From positions 235,145-299,144 of IMG/VR virus record IMGVR_UViG_3300050014_000823: a DNA stretch of 64,000 bases, one strand, 5' to 3'. Position numbers and translations under genes: made by a program. The notes below the pieces were generated by a model. That model ran no database searches. It was not told the origin of the DNA and was given only the letters and a program-made list of their open reading frames with translations. Position 1 is the stretch's first letter. Each line of letters opens with the position of its first letter. Positions 1-9,075 of this stretch are shown piece after piece.

Positions 1-730
1 CATCTGCCTTTGTTAATTTTCTACCAAGTTGTTTTATATCGGTAATTTTACCACCAATCGGACTAACACCGCCAATTGGGGGAACAGGAGCAACCTCTTC
101 TTTTACAAATTTGTCGAGTTCCGGAGATTTTACTCTTACAGAAGGATTTGTAGGTTTATTGTCTGCGTAATTATGTCCTGTTTGCATTTTATCGAAACTA
201 TTTTTGCCAAACGGCATAGTATCGATAATATTAATTGCCTCTTGAAGTTCCTCTGCATTTGGTCCTTCTTGACCTTTCACGTCAATATACTTGTCGATAA
301 TATCGAATAGTTCGTTTGTATAGTTGCTGTTGAAGTTCTGTAAAGCATTTTCATCCAACTCAAAAGTTTGTGAACCATTTGCATTGGCATATGAGAATTT
401 CTGTAACTGTACACCTTGAACATTGTACACACCCTGTTGGTCACCATCATTGAATTCTAATTTGAATACGAATGTATATTGGTTTTTATCTTTATCAACA
501 CCGTTGATTGAAACTACGCTGTTGTCATCAGTCATTTGTACTGTAGTCGTATTGCTACCACCATCATTTATTGTTAACTGACCATTTTTTAATGCCATGA
601 AGCCACGGGTTAAAATTGTTTTAGCATCGGGTGTACCGAAACCTAAGTCTTCATTTAGCTTAACCTTATTGACTTTCTGAAACACTTCAAGAAGTCTGTC
701 TGTACTGCCAACTGGTTTATATATTCTCAT
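1..730 (-). CDS. Hypothetical (probably virion) protein, 3' end runs off the window
   Basis: Not in the ORF track. Manual translation from ATG at 730 gives MRIYKPVGSTDRLLEVFQKVNKVKLNED..., with no stop found to base 1. Confidence 0.75.
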   Translation of the reverse strand, partial: MRIYKPVGSTDRLLEVFQKVNKVKLNEDLGFGTPDAKTILTRGFMALKNGQLTINDGGSNTTTVQMTDDNSVVSINGVDKDKNQYTFVFKLEFNDGDQQGVYNVQGVQLQKFSYANANGSQTFELDENALQNFNSNYTNELFDIIDKYIDVKGQEGPNAEELQEAINIIDTMPFGKNSFDKMQTGHNYADNKPTNPSVRVKSPELDKFVKEEVAPVPPIGGVSPIGGKITDIKQLGRKLTKAD

Positions 731-741
731 GTTTATATCTA

Positions 742-1188
742 TTATTCGAAAATTATTGGGTTTTTCTGACCGAATTCTCTTAATAAAACACCTGCAAGAG
801 CATTTGCTTCGTTTTCATGCTCACTACCCGTTTCATTTGAACCATCTTTCAAAACACCCGCTTTACGTTGTTTATCGTGTACTAATTCATGTGCAAGCGT
901 CCTTAAAACGTCTGCTAAATTCCTATTTGTTGCCACCACTCGCAATTCATTTGTCTTTGGTGTGTACTTACCGAAGGAATGCATTGTTGGTGCTTCAGTT
1001 TCATCATACGAAATCACTATGTCTGGCATACTTTCACCCAAACCAAGTTTATTCTTAGCAAACTCAACGAACTGATTAATAACCTCTTCCTTCTTCTCCT
1101 TTGGGAGAATCGACTCGTTGAGATTATTAACTCTTCTCATCATTTCAAAGAGTCGTTGTGGACTGCCGTATGCATGAAATACTCTCAC
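742..1188 (-). CDS. Small protein with HExxH zincin-like metallopeptidase motif
   Basis: TLAHELVHDKQ...EHENEANALAG: HExxH plus a downstream Glu ligand. Confidence 0.6.
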   Translation of the reverse strand: MRVFHAYGSPQRLFEMMRRVNNLNESILPKEKKEEVINQFVEFAKNKLGLGESMPDIVISYDETEAPTMHSFGKYTPKTNELRVVATNRNLADVLRTLAHELVHDKQRKAGVLKDGSNETGSEHENEANALAGVLLREFGQKNPIIFE

Positions 1189-1190
1189 TA

Positions 1191-1982
1191 TTAATTAAAA
1201 TCATTAAAACTATTCTGAACATCTGTTTTGGAACTCTGTGGCAGGTCATCAAAGTCTGCAATAAAACTACCATCGGGTAATTCTCTTACACCCTTCTCGT
1301 GCTCTTCATTACGTTTCTCACTGAACCAGTTACCCGACCAAAAATCATTTAAGTTAAAATAATATGGATAACTCACATTTTTCTTACTCATAAGTTTCTC
1401 GGTATTAGTCGGTTCACGGACTTCCTCAACATCGACACTAAGAGTTTCTAACTTCGCATTTAAACCTTGTACGGTTGCGTTTAGACCTTCTAATTGGTCG
1501 TGTATGCTTTGCATTGCTGCAATATTATGTTTAATAATGTCATTCTGAATGTCATCAACTTCCTGTTGTGGCTCTGCACCCATACCCATAGGGTCAGGAT
1601 TCATACCACTTGGGTCTACTGGTGGTTCAGGCATTGTGCCACCGCCTGCTGTCGGAGCATCTGTTCCGGGTGGTGTTTCTGCAGGTGGACCTGCTGCTGG
1701 TGGTTCGGGTAATGCACCCGGAGCACCTGTATTTCCTGCAGGGGGTTCACCCATACCCAAAGGCTGGTCATTGGAAGGCGCAGGAGGCACTTCGCCCCCA
1801 CCTGGTTTAGGTGCGTCTTCTTGGTCACCTGCTTCGTTAGTAATCGCAGGTATCTCATCGAACTGGTCGTTAGCACTAACTAAAGAACGATATCTTGGCG
1901 ATTCATTAATCGTATAGCCAACACGATACTTAAAGTTTCTAAGACCTTCCTCAAAAACTTTATCTTTCTTATTATCTTTCAT
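1191..1982 (-). CDS. Hypothetical protein with Pro/Gly-rich linker and coiled coil
   Basis: 263-aa ORF packed in an operon; low-complexity PPA/PG segment followed by heptad LEGLNATVQGLNAKLETL. Confidence 0.7.
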   Translation of the reverse strand: MKDNKKDKVFEEGLRNFKYRVGYTINESPRYRSLVSANDQFDEIPAITNEAGDQEDAPKPGGGEVPPAPSNDQPLGMGEPPAGNTGAPGALPEPPAAGPPAETPPGTDAPTAGGGTMPEPPVDPSGMNPDPMGMGAEPQQEVDDIQNDIIKHNIAAMQSIHDQLEGLNATVQGLNAKLETLSVDVEEVREPTNTEKLMSKKNVSYPYYFNLNDFWSGNWFSEKRNEEHEKGVRELPDGSFIADFDDLPQSSKTDVQNSFNDFN

Positions 1983-1995
1983 CTATATGAAATTA

Positions 1996-2178
1996 TTAAT
2001 ATTGCTCTCTTAATAATTGTTTACCGTCTTTAGTAACATAGATACGGTCAACACGTTCAATCAAGCCTTCACGTTCATCGAGAATGACTTTTTTTGCAGT
2101 GTCAACCTTTGGTTTCACTTCCTCAGTTTGAGGAACTTCAACAAAGTTATCAAGTGCGTTTTCTACTTTAGTTTCCAT
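1996..2178 (-). CDS. Small hypothetical protein
   Basis: 60-aa ORF preceded by GTATTTAT motif (2199-2206, minus strand). Confidence 0.65.
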   Translation of the reverse strand: METKVENALDNFVEVPQTEEVKPKVDTAKKVILDEREGLIERVDRIYVTKDGKQLLREQY

Positions 2179-2261
2179 AGTACTTATAATTATTTCATAT
2201 AAATACTATGTTTTGTTAGAAAATAATTATTTTGGGAGTATCGTAGATGTGTATTTGAAAT

Positions 2262-3041
2262 TTATTTTAAATCTTGTAGTGTATAGCCACCAATTCCACC
2301 AGTTTTACACCTATTTAATGGTATCCAACCCTCAGAAACATATTTATTTAATGTTTCACGTTCTAATTTAATCGCATTTTCAACTGAAACATATTCAGTT
2401 AATTGTTTTCTTATTGGTACTAAACCTGTCATTTTCATGTGAATTGTGACACTATCCCTTTCATCAGAATTTCTAATGTATTGTCTTTTAACTATATTAT
2501 ATGTTAATCCAACATATACGTGATTGTCTGAAAACTCATATGCGTATATACATCTTTTATATTTACTACCCACAGGAATCATGTGTTGACAAATATCATC
2601 AAGCCAACCACTTTTCAACGAAATAGTATATACGTGTGGTGAGAATTTACAAAATTCGGTTTTTGTCTTATATTCCAATGCTCTATTTCGGCAATTTTCA
2701 ACATTATTCCAATGTCCATTCGGCAATTTTTTAAATTTCATATGCCGACAAACATTTTCAAGCCACCCATTGTGTTTTGCTGATTCATATGCTTTTTTAT
2801 CTCCTTGTTGAAATTCTATTCTATGTTGATATTTTAACGCAACAGTGCGACATTTTTCCTCAGTCCACTTAAATGTATCTTCATACGGCTTTTTCATGTG
2901 TTTACATGCAATATCAAGCTGTCCACCTTTTCTCAATATTTCGTATGCTCTCGAAGATATTTCTCTGAAATCACGTCTATTCGAAAATTTAAGTGCTTCG
3001 TCAAAACACATTTTTTCAGTCCACTTATTGTATTTTTTCAT
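2262..3041 (-). CDS. Putative homing endonuclease: three N-terminal repeats plus C-terminal GIY-YIG-like domain
   Basis: CIYAYEFSDNHVYVGLT is GIY-YIG-like. Repeats KWTEKMCFDEALKF / KWTEEKCRTVALKY / HWNNVENCRNRALEY, each followed by G(Q/W)L(D/E)xxCxHM. Confidence 0.65.
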   Translation of the reverse strand: MKKYNKWTEKMCFDEALKFSNRRDFREISSRAYEILRKGGQLDIACKHMKKPYEDTFKWTEEKCRTVALKYQHRIEFQQGDKKAYESAKHNGWLENVCRHMKFKKLPNGHWNNVENCRNRALEYKTKTEFCKFSPHVYTISLKSGWLDDICQHMIPVGSKYKRCIYAYEFSDNHVYVGLTYNIVKRQYIRNSDERDSVTIHMKMTGLVPIRKQLTEYVSVENAIKLERETLNKYVSEGWIPLNRCKTGGIGGYTLQDLK

Positions 3042-3095
3042 AATAAAAAACCGTTAATATAAATACTAACGGTTTACATAAATTTTAAATTATAT

Positions 3096-3737
3096 TTATA
3101 ATATTGTAACTAAATATCTTTTAAGTAAAGTAAAATTAGGGAGAATTTTATAATATGTCAGGTACGTATCACCGCTTAAATCTTCGTGAGATTTAATTGC
3201 CCTATTACATAAACCCAATTTTATTTCATCTATACTAATCCGAAAAAAACCATACATATTGAGATTCACACCCCAAATACATTTTTGTTTTGAAATGGCT
3301 GTTCCTAACACATATAACATTTCGTCTTTGTAATTATAAAGCATGTCTATTTCTTTCGGCAAAACATCCATTAAACCCTGTACATCAACGATTTGAAAGA
3401 ATATTGGGTCTAAATTTACGTATAGGTATTTTGGACTGAAATAAAATTGTGGTACGGCTGCGATAAAACTTTCAATGCCTCTGACGTGCGATTGTTTGCT
3501 TTCTTCGAAGCTGCATTCCCAATAAAGTTCATTGCTAACTATGCGTTTTTTCAGAATATCCGCATTCTGAATTATCTGATTGTTGGGGTTTGAAGCCTTC
3601 ATGAACGACCATCCAACGTATAGTGTAGGAAGTTTGTCGAGACTGTCATACTCTTGTGGTCCTTTATAGTAGTTAATATAACTGACTTCGGTATGATTTA
3701 CCAGTTCTTTTTCATAAATAATGTTACCTATTTTCAT
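3096..3737 (-). CDS. Hypothetical protein
   Basis: 213-aa ORF overlapping the end of hldD; no motif recognised. Confidence 0.65.
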   Translation of the reverse strand: MKIGNIIYEKELVNHTEVSYINYYKGPQEYDSLDKLPTLYVGWSFMKASNPNNQIIQNADILKKRIVSNELYWECSFEESKQSHVRGIESFIAAVPQFYFSPKYLYVNLDPIFFQIVDVQGLMDVLPKEIDMLYNYKDEMLYVLGTAISKQKCIWGVNLNMYGFFRISIDEIKLGLCNRAIKSHEDLSGDTYLTYYKILPNFTLLKRYLVTIL

Positions 3738-4641
3738 TTTTTAGCTTATTTACGTATTTCAAAACACCATCTTCTAACTCATGAAAAGGCTTTTTATAGC
3801 CAGCAACCCTCAACTTATTCATCTTAGCCTCAGTAAAATACTGATACTTGTCTCTGATTTTAATTGGGGTGTCAATATAATTAATAGTTCCGGGATTACC
3901 AAGACTTTTAAAAACTGCTTTCGCCAAGTCATTAAAAGTACGTGCTTTTCCTGTTCCGACATTATAAATACCCGAAAGTGGTTTTTCTGTTGCCATAAAT
4001 ATGCAAACGTCAACAATATCATCCACATATACAAAATCACGTAGCTGTTCACCGTCTTTGTAGTCTGGACGATGTGACTTAAATAATTGAATTTTTGCAG
4101 GACCTGAACAAAACTCAATTTGGTGATATAAATGTAAAACAACAGAAGCCATTTTACCTTTATCGGCTTCTCCGTAGCCGTAAACATTAAAAAATTTTAG
4201 TCCGTACCAATAAGGTGGTTGTTTTTCCTGGACTTCTGCCCAAACATCGAACTGTTGCTTTGACCAACCGTAGGGATTAAGTGGTTGTAACTTAATGATA
4301 TCCTTCTCGTCATTAAAACCTAATTCTCCGTCACCATAGGTTGCTGCACTTGAAGCATAAACCAAAGGGATTTGGTATTCTGCGCAGATATTCCAGATAA
4401 ATATACTTGCGCCAACATTATATTCGTCAAAAAGATTTCTGTCCATAACAGTAGTATCGGTAATAGCACCTAAGTGATAAATAACATCTATATCTTTGGC
4501 GTGAATTAAAAGCCATTCATATATCGACTGCAGACTTTCGGTACGGGTATCAAGTACCACAACACCAATTGCTCCACGTCTTTGCAATTCTGCAACGAGA
4601 TTCTGACCAATAAAACCTAAACCACCTGTTACTACTATCAT
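3724..4641 (-). CDS. hldD: ADP-L-glycero-D-manno-heptose 6-epimerase (extended SDR)
   Basis: VTGGLGFIG Rossmann motif, YASSAATYG, PLNPYGWSK (YxxxK), FFNVYGYGEADKGKMASV, GEQLRDFVYVDD. Confidence 0.9.
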   Translation of the reverse strand: MIVVTGGLGFIGQNLVAELQRRGAIGVVVLDTRTESLQSIYEWLLIHAKDIDVIYHLGAITDTTVMDRNLFDEYNVGASIFIWNICAEYQIPLVYASSAATYGDGELGFNDEKDIIKLQPLNPYGWSKQQFDVWAEVQEKQPPYWYGLKFFNVYGYGEADKGKMASVVLHLYHQIEFCSGPAKIQLFKSHRPDYKDGEQLRDFVYVDDIVDVCIFMATEKPLSGIYNVGTGKARTFNDLAKAVFKSLGNPGTINYIDTPIKIRDKYQYFTEAKMNKLRVAGYKKPFHELEDGVLKYVNKLKNENR

Positions 4642-5066
4642 AAATTTTTTATTTTCTCAATAATATTTGTGCTTGACCTTTTATCTGTTGGGTAAAAAAC
4701 CACACCAAACCTTGAATTTTCACTGCCGATTACCTCTTTATTTCTATATTGGTCACCAACAACCATATAATCAATATCTAACTTATCGACTAAGTTTCTC
4801 AACTCATCATCTGTGTCAAAGATAAATACTTGATGAACCATTCGCAAATTTCGCATTATTGTTATTCTTGTGTTAATGTCATTAATGGGTCGTTTATCAC
4901 CCTTTAACCTCTTAACACGCTCATCTGTATCAAGTCCAACATATAGCTTATTTTCCGCATCGAGAACTGGATATACATCACCGGGTTGATAGTTCTTTGC
5001 ATACCAAAGTAAGTCTATGTGTCCCGTATGTAAGATGTCAAAGCACCCGTTTACCCAGATATTCAT
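4638..5066 (-). CDS. Heptose-1-phosphate nucleotidyltransferase (HldE/RfaE domain II, cytidylyltransferase fold)
   Basis: NGCFDILHTGH (HxGH), VGLDTDERVKRLKGDKRPIN, VVGDQY. Confidence 0.85.
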   Translation of the reverse strand: MNIWVNGCFDILHTGHIDLLWYAKNYQPGDVYPVLDAENKLYVGLDTDERVKRLKGDKRPINDINTRITIMRNLRMVHQVFIFDTDDELRNLVDKLDIDYMVVGDQYRNKEVIGSENSRFGVVFYPTDKRSSTNIIEKIKNL

Positions 5067-5350
5067 ATTTCTTCGATTCTTTTAGTTTTGTCATCAATAA
5101 GTAGGTCGTATGAGGGTTTAGTTTGGGTGTCAAGTCTGTGAAATTTACAACCCCAATCAGCAAGTTGTTTCGCTGTTAATTCTTTCCAATCTATACCAGT
5201 ATTTCCACCCCTGGCGGTCCAATAGGTAATTGAATGTCCTTCGTCAAAGAGTTTGTTGATTTTCTCAATCATATCATATCTTGGCTTGGCATTTGGATAT
5301 CCCTCACTACTGTCACAGATTGTTCCGTCTATGTCTACTAAAATTTTCAT
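5063..5350 (-). CDS. Small HAD-superfamily phosphatase
   Basis: ILVDIDGTIC (DxDGT motif I), YWTARG (motif II), KPSYDLLIDDK (motif III/IV). Confidence 0.75.
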   Translation of the reverse strand: MKILVDIDGTICDSSEGYPNAKPRYDMIEKINKLFDEGHSITYWTARGGNTGIDWKELTAKQLADWGCKFHRLDTQTKPSYDLLIDDKTKRIEEI

Positions 5351-6498
5351 TGCTGGCTATCTCCTTTCTCTATTCTTATTGAATCTTCCGGAAAATCGGT
5401 TGTTGACACTTCAACTATAATCGAATTTGTAATCGCCATTAACTGATGTTCTACGTTTTGTTTAATTTCTATTTTGTCTCCTCTTTTAAAAAGAAAATAA
5501 TCGAAAAAATCACCGTTTTCACTATTCATAACACATTCCAAACTACCCCACATACAAAACCACAATTCTTGTTTGAGAATATGTTTATGCCAACTAAATT
5601 TTTTTCCTTTGAAAAATACTAAATATTTTAAACAATATTTTTCGTTATTTACTAAGTGAATTTCCAACCCCCACCCCTTCTTAACTACCTTCGAGTTCGA
5701 ATTTAATCCAATAAAAACTTGTGTCCAGAATTCTCGATTGAAATTTGTAATATTATGACACTTTTTACATAATGTAATTAAATTATCTTCACCATTATTT
5801 TTTTTATTATAATCAACGTGATGTACATGTAAGTCTTCGGTTTCGCCACACAATTGACAACAATTACCGTCCCTCTCTTTTATTCTGTCTTTTAATCCTT
5901 TATTAAATCCTCTCGCATATTTATGGTCTAACCTAACATTATCTTCAATTTCTTTATTATTTCCATTATTTCTGGAACAATTTAGTGAACAAAATACCAC
6001 ATTCTGTCCCTTATGTAAATTTCTCCTTGTGTATTCAAAAACTTTACCACATCTTTTACACGTAGCCTTTTCTTTATCTTCAATCCACGCAGGATTATTT
6101 TCATTTAGTCTTTGTTGACTCAAGTACACGCTTAGACATTCTCTTGAACACACAATTCTTTCGCCATAATGCTTAAATTCATTACCACAAACCTCACAAT
6201 TACTCGTTGTTCTTATATCGGTCTTTGGTCTTACTGAATCTAACTGACATGTTTTTGAACAATATTGTCTGTCCTTCTCCCAAGTTGGTGCATTAAATTC
6301 TTTCTGACATTGTTTACAAACCAATGTTGATTTACGATTTTCATCAGTTTGTTTTTTATTTCGATTTCGCTTACACTCATAACAAATATCACTTTTAACA
6401 TATCTCTTATCGACATGTCCATATTTACAAGGTTCACCAGTAAAGTACCACTTCTGACCGATTTCTTTAGCTTCTTCCCTTGTAATTATCTCAATCAT
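5347..6498 (-). CDS. Fusion: zinc-ribbon/HNH endonuclease (N-terminal) + cupin sugar-isomerase-like domain (C-terminal)
   Basis: CxxC...CSxxC repeats and CQLCGETEDLHVHHVDYNKKNNGEDNLITLCKKCH (HNH), then VVKKGWGLEIHL...FSWHKHILKQELW...EHQLMAITNSIIVEVST (cupin). Confidence 0.75.
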   Translation of the reverse strand: MIEIITREEAKEIGQKWYFTGEPCKYGHVDKRYVKSDICYECKRNRNKKQTDENRKSTLVCKQCQKEFNAPTWEKDRQYCSKTCQLDSVRPKTDIRTTSNCEVCGNEFKHYGERIVCSRECLSVYLSQQRLNENNPAWIEDKEKATCKRCGKVFEYTRRNLHKGQNVVFCSLNCSRNNGNNKEIEDNVRLDHKYARGFNKGLKDRIKERDGNCCQLCGETEDLHVHHVDYNKKNNGEDNLITLCKKCHNITNFNREFWTQVFIGLNSNSKVVKKGWGLEIHLVNNEKYCLKYLVFFKGKKFSWHKHILKQELWFCMWGSLECVMNSENGDFFDYFLFKRGDKIEIKQNVEHQLMAITNSIIVEVSTTDFPEDSIRIEKGDSQQ

Positions 6499-7283
6499 AA
6501 TTTTGCTTTATTTAAATCCACAACAACCACACCCTTTTGAGTAACAACCCAAGCTGCGCACTTGTTTGCAAACTGAATTGCTTTGGAAATATCTTTATTT
6601 TTCATATAATCTGCAACCAAAGCCGCAAGGAAAGTATCTCCTGCACCACTTAAATCTCTGACTGGGTGTTCATCGTCTTCATTTAAAATCTCTTGATAAT
6701 CAAAAATACCTACTTTATTGTGTGAATACATTGCCCCCTTTTTACCGAGAGTTACAACTAATATATTACTGTATTGAAAGTCCAACCATTGTTTATTTTT
6801 CAGAAATTCTTTTTCGTTTATTTTAACACAAAAAACCTTATCACACCAATGACCAAAATCTTTCTTCGTGTCCATAAAAACCAACGGATGTGAATTTGCA
6901 ATGTGTTCTATTACTTCCTCACTAATAAAACCCTTATCATAGTCACTAATAACAATTGCTTCGTATTGACTATAATCAAACGCCATTTGCCTATCATATA
7001 TGTTTGGTCCAACAAATATCATGTCGTTTTCATCAACCCGAAGTAACATCTGATTTGAAACTTCATCAACATATCGGGTTTTTGTTATGCCACTATATGT
7101 GTGGATATCTGCATCAATACCTAATGCAAGTAAGTTTGCATAGACATTCACAGCCATACCACCATTAGACTTATCACCCAAAGGTTTAAAAACGGGTACT
7201 GGTGCTTCAGGACTTAACCTGTCGCATTTTCCATAGCGAAACACATCTTTACAACCGTCACCGATTACTAATACTTTACTCAC
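6495..7283 (-). CDS. Heptose-7-phosphate kinase (HldE/RfaE domain I, PfkB family)
   Basis: RLSPEAPVPV, GGMAVNVYANLLALG, SDYDKG, DLSGAGDTFLA. Confidence 0.88.
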   Translation of the reverse strand: MSKVLVIGDGCKDVFRYGKCDRLSPEAPVPVFKPLGDKSNGGMAVNVYANLLALGIDADIHTYSGITKTRYVDEVSNQMLLRVDENDMIFVGPNIYDRQMAFDYSQYEAIVISDYDKGFISEEVIEHIANSHPLVFMDTKKDFGHWCDKVFCVKINEKEFLKNKQWLDFQYSNILVVTLGKKGAMYSHNKVGIFDYQEILNEDDEHPVRDLSGAGDTFLAALVADYMKNKDISKAIQFANKCAAWVVTQKGVVVVDLNKAKL

Positions 7284-8311
7284 TGTAATCTCTTTAAAAT
7301 CTCAATTATTTTTTCCGCAGCGTGACCATCACCAAATGGGCACTCTACATTTATTTCATAATCATTATGTACTTCGTCAAAAAAGTACTTTAAGTCTTCT
7401 GGTCTTGTTACCAAAAGACCATTTACACCAATTGCTTCCGGACGTTCTGTAACAATTCGGCAAGTTAAACATATTTTATTGAAAAAACAAGATTCTTCCT
7501 GAAGTCCACCACTATCAGTTATTACCATACGACACTGAACCAGTAATTCAAGCATATCCTCATATGGCAATGGGTCAATAACTACAACATTTTTTAATAA
7601 ATGCTTCCATTTCTGCACATTTGGATTTGGATGCATTGGTAATATGAAAGCATATTGTGGATATTCCGTTGCAAGTTTTTCCAACTCAGTAAACCATCTG
7701 TCCATCCAATGATGATTTTCACGCCTATGTAATGTAACCAAAATTTTGTTGGTATATATGCATTTATCTTTATATAACAAGAGATTATCAATGACCGTAT
7801 TACCAACAACATAAACATCATCCAAAATTTTTTCTCCCGCAAGATTTCTTGCTGCCCAATCAGTTGGACATAGGTGAATATCTGCAATTTGTGATATTAT
7901 TCTCCTGTTGACTTCTTCGGGATATGGGTTTTCTTTGTCGTATGTTCGGAGTCCGGCTTCCAGGTGTATTACTTTAATACCATGATGAAATGCAGACAGT
8001 GCTACCGCAAATGCCGATGTGGTATCGCCTTGGACCATTACATATGCATCAACGAATTTACCTGTTTCTGTGTTGAGTTTACAGAAAGACCGAAAAAATT
8101 CCCACAACTGTCCTGTTATCGAACTAACAATCGAATCCAGTCTGTTGGGTTTATTCTCGATATTAAGAATCCAATCATATTCGAATTCTCCTATGTGAAC
8201 CTGTTGTCCAGTGAATAGTATGTTAAACTCAAAATTATTCTTCCTTAATTCATCGATAATCGGCTTAAGTTTAATGTATTCTGGTCGTGTGCCGTATGCT
8301 AATAATATCAT
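7280..8311 (-). CDS. wecB: UDP-N-acetylglucosamine 2-epimerase (non-hydrolysing)
   Basis: GTRPEYIKL, QGDTTSAFAVAL, HLEAGLRT, PEEVNRR, VTLHRREN, TDSGGLQEE. Confidence 0.92.
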   Translation of the reverse strand: MILLAYGTRPEYIKLKPIIDELRKNNFEFNILFTGQQVHIGEFEYDWILNIENKPNRLDSIVSSITGQLWEFFRSFCKLNTETGKFVDAYVMVQGDTTSAFAVALSAFHHGIKVIHLEAGLRTYDKENPYPEEVNRRIISQIADIHLCPTDWAARNLAGEKILDDVYVVGNTVIDNLLLYKDKCIYTNKILVTLHRRENHHWMDRWFTELEKLATEYPQYAFILPMHPNPNVQKWKHLLKNVVVIDPLPYEDMLELLVQCRMVITDSGGLQEESCFFNKICLTCRIVTERPEAIGVNGLLVTRPEDLKYFFDEVHNDYEINVECPFGDGHAAEKIIEILKRLQ

Positions 8312-9075
8312 TGTAAATCTTTTAATACTTCAGGTAATTCTTCGTTAAACTCAACTGCCTTACACCAAGCAGGTGGATTAACAGGATGCATATTAACCAT
8401 GTCTGGTGTCCATTTAAGCCATATATTATTAAACCACGCATCTACATCAAAATCATTATGATGACCCCAAGTTTTTAACTTTTCTCTGAGTTCACTATCG
8501 GTTAATACGTATGATGCATGATAACAAATGGCATTTGGAATATTAATGGTTGATATCCCCGTAGGTTTTCTTTTTCTTTCGAACCTATTTCCTCTGTTTA
8601 GGTTAATAAATATTTGGGGGTGACCAACAATTTGACTGCCTAAATTAGCTACTGTTATATGTTTAAATGATTTCCAGAAACTTATCCACCCACAAGTATA
8701 AATGTCGTAGCCGGGATGATTAACAATAAACATTTTCATCTGCTCAAAGCCATCGTGAAAATAAAATTCGTCTGCATCATGAATCATAAGATAGTCAATA
8801 CCATCTTCTTTGGCTCTGTCAACACATGCATTCCTTTGTGCTTCTTCGGTAAGCCAATCACCTAAAATCAAGACAATTTTATCAGCAAATCTCGATTCTC
8901 TTATTATTTTCAAGTCAAAAGAATTTACATATTCTTGTCTTGCGGTGGGGTTATATCCCCAAGGCTTATCGCTATATGCAATATAAATTTTATCTACATG
9001 TGGATATGCATTTTCAATATTTCTCATAATCCACTTGTCTTGACCGAACAATACTATGTGTGTTGCAAATTTCAT
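8308..9075 (-). CDS. GT-A fold glycosyltransferase (GT2-like)
   Basis: EAQRNAC and IHDADEFY (DxD), HASY; lies within the sugar operon. Confidence 0.75.
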   Translation of the reverse strand: MKFATHIVLFGQDKWIMRNIENAYPHVDKIYIAYSDKPWGYNPTARQEYVNSFDLKIIRESRFADKIVLILGDWLTEEAQRNACVDRAKEDGIDYLMIHDADEFYFHDGFEQMKMFIVNHPGYDIYTCGWISFWKSFKHITVANLGSQIVGHPQIFINLNRGNRFERKRKPTGISTINIPNAICYHASYVLTDSELREKLKTWGHHNDFDVDAWFNNIWLKWTPDMVNMHPVNPPAWCKAVEFNEELPEVLKDLQ

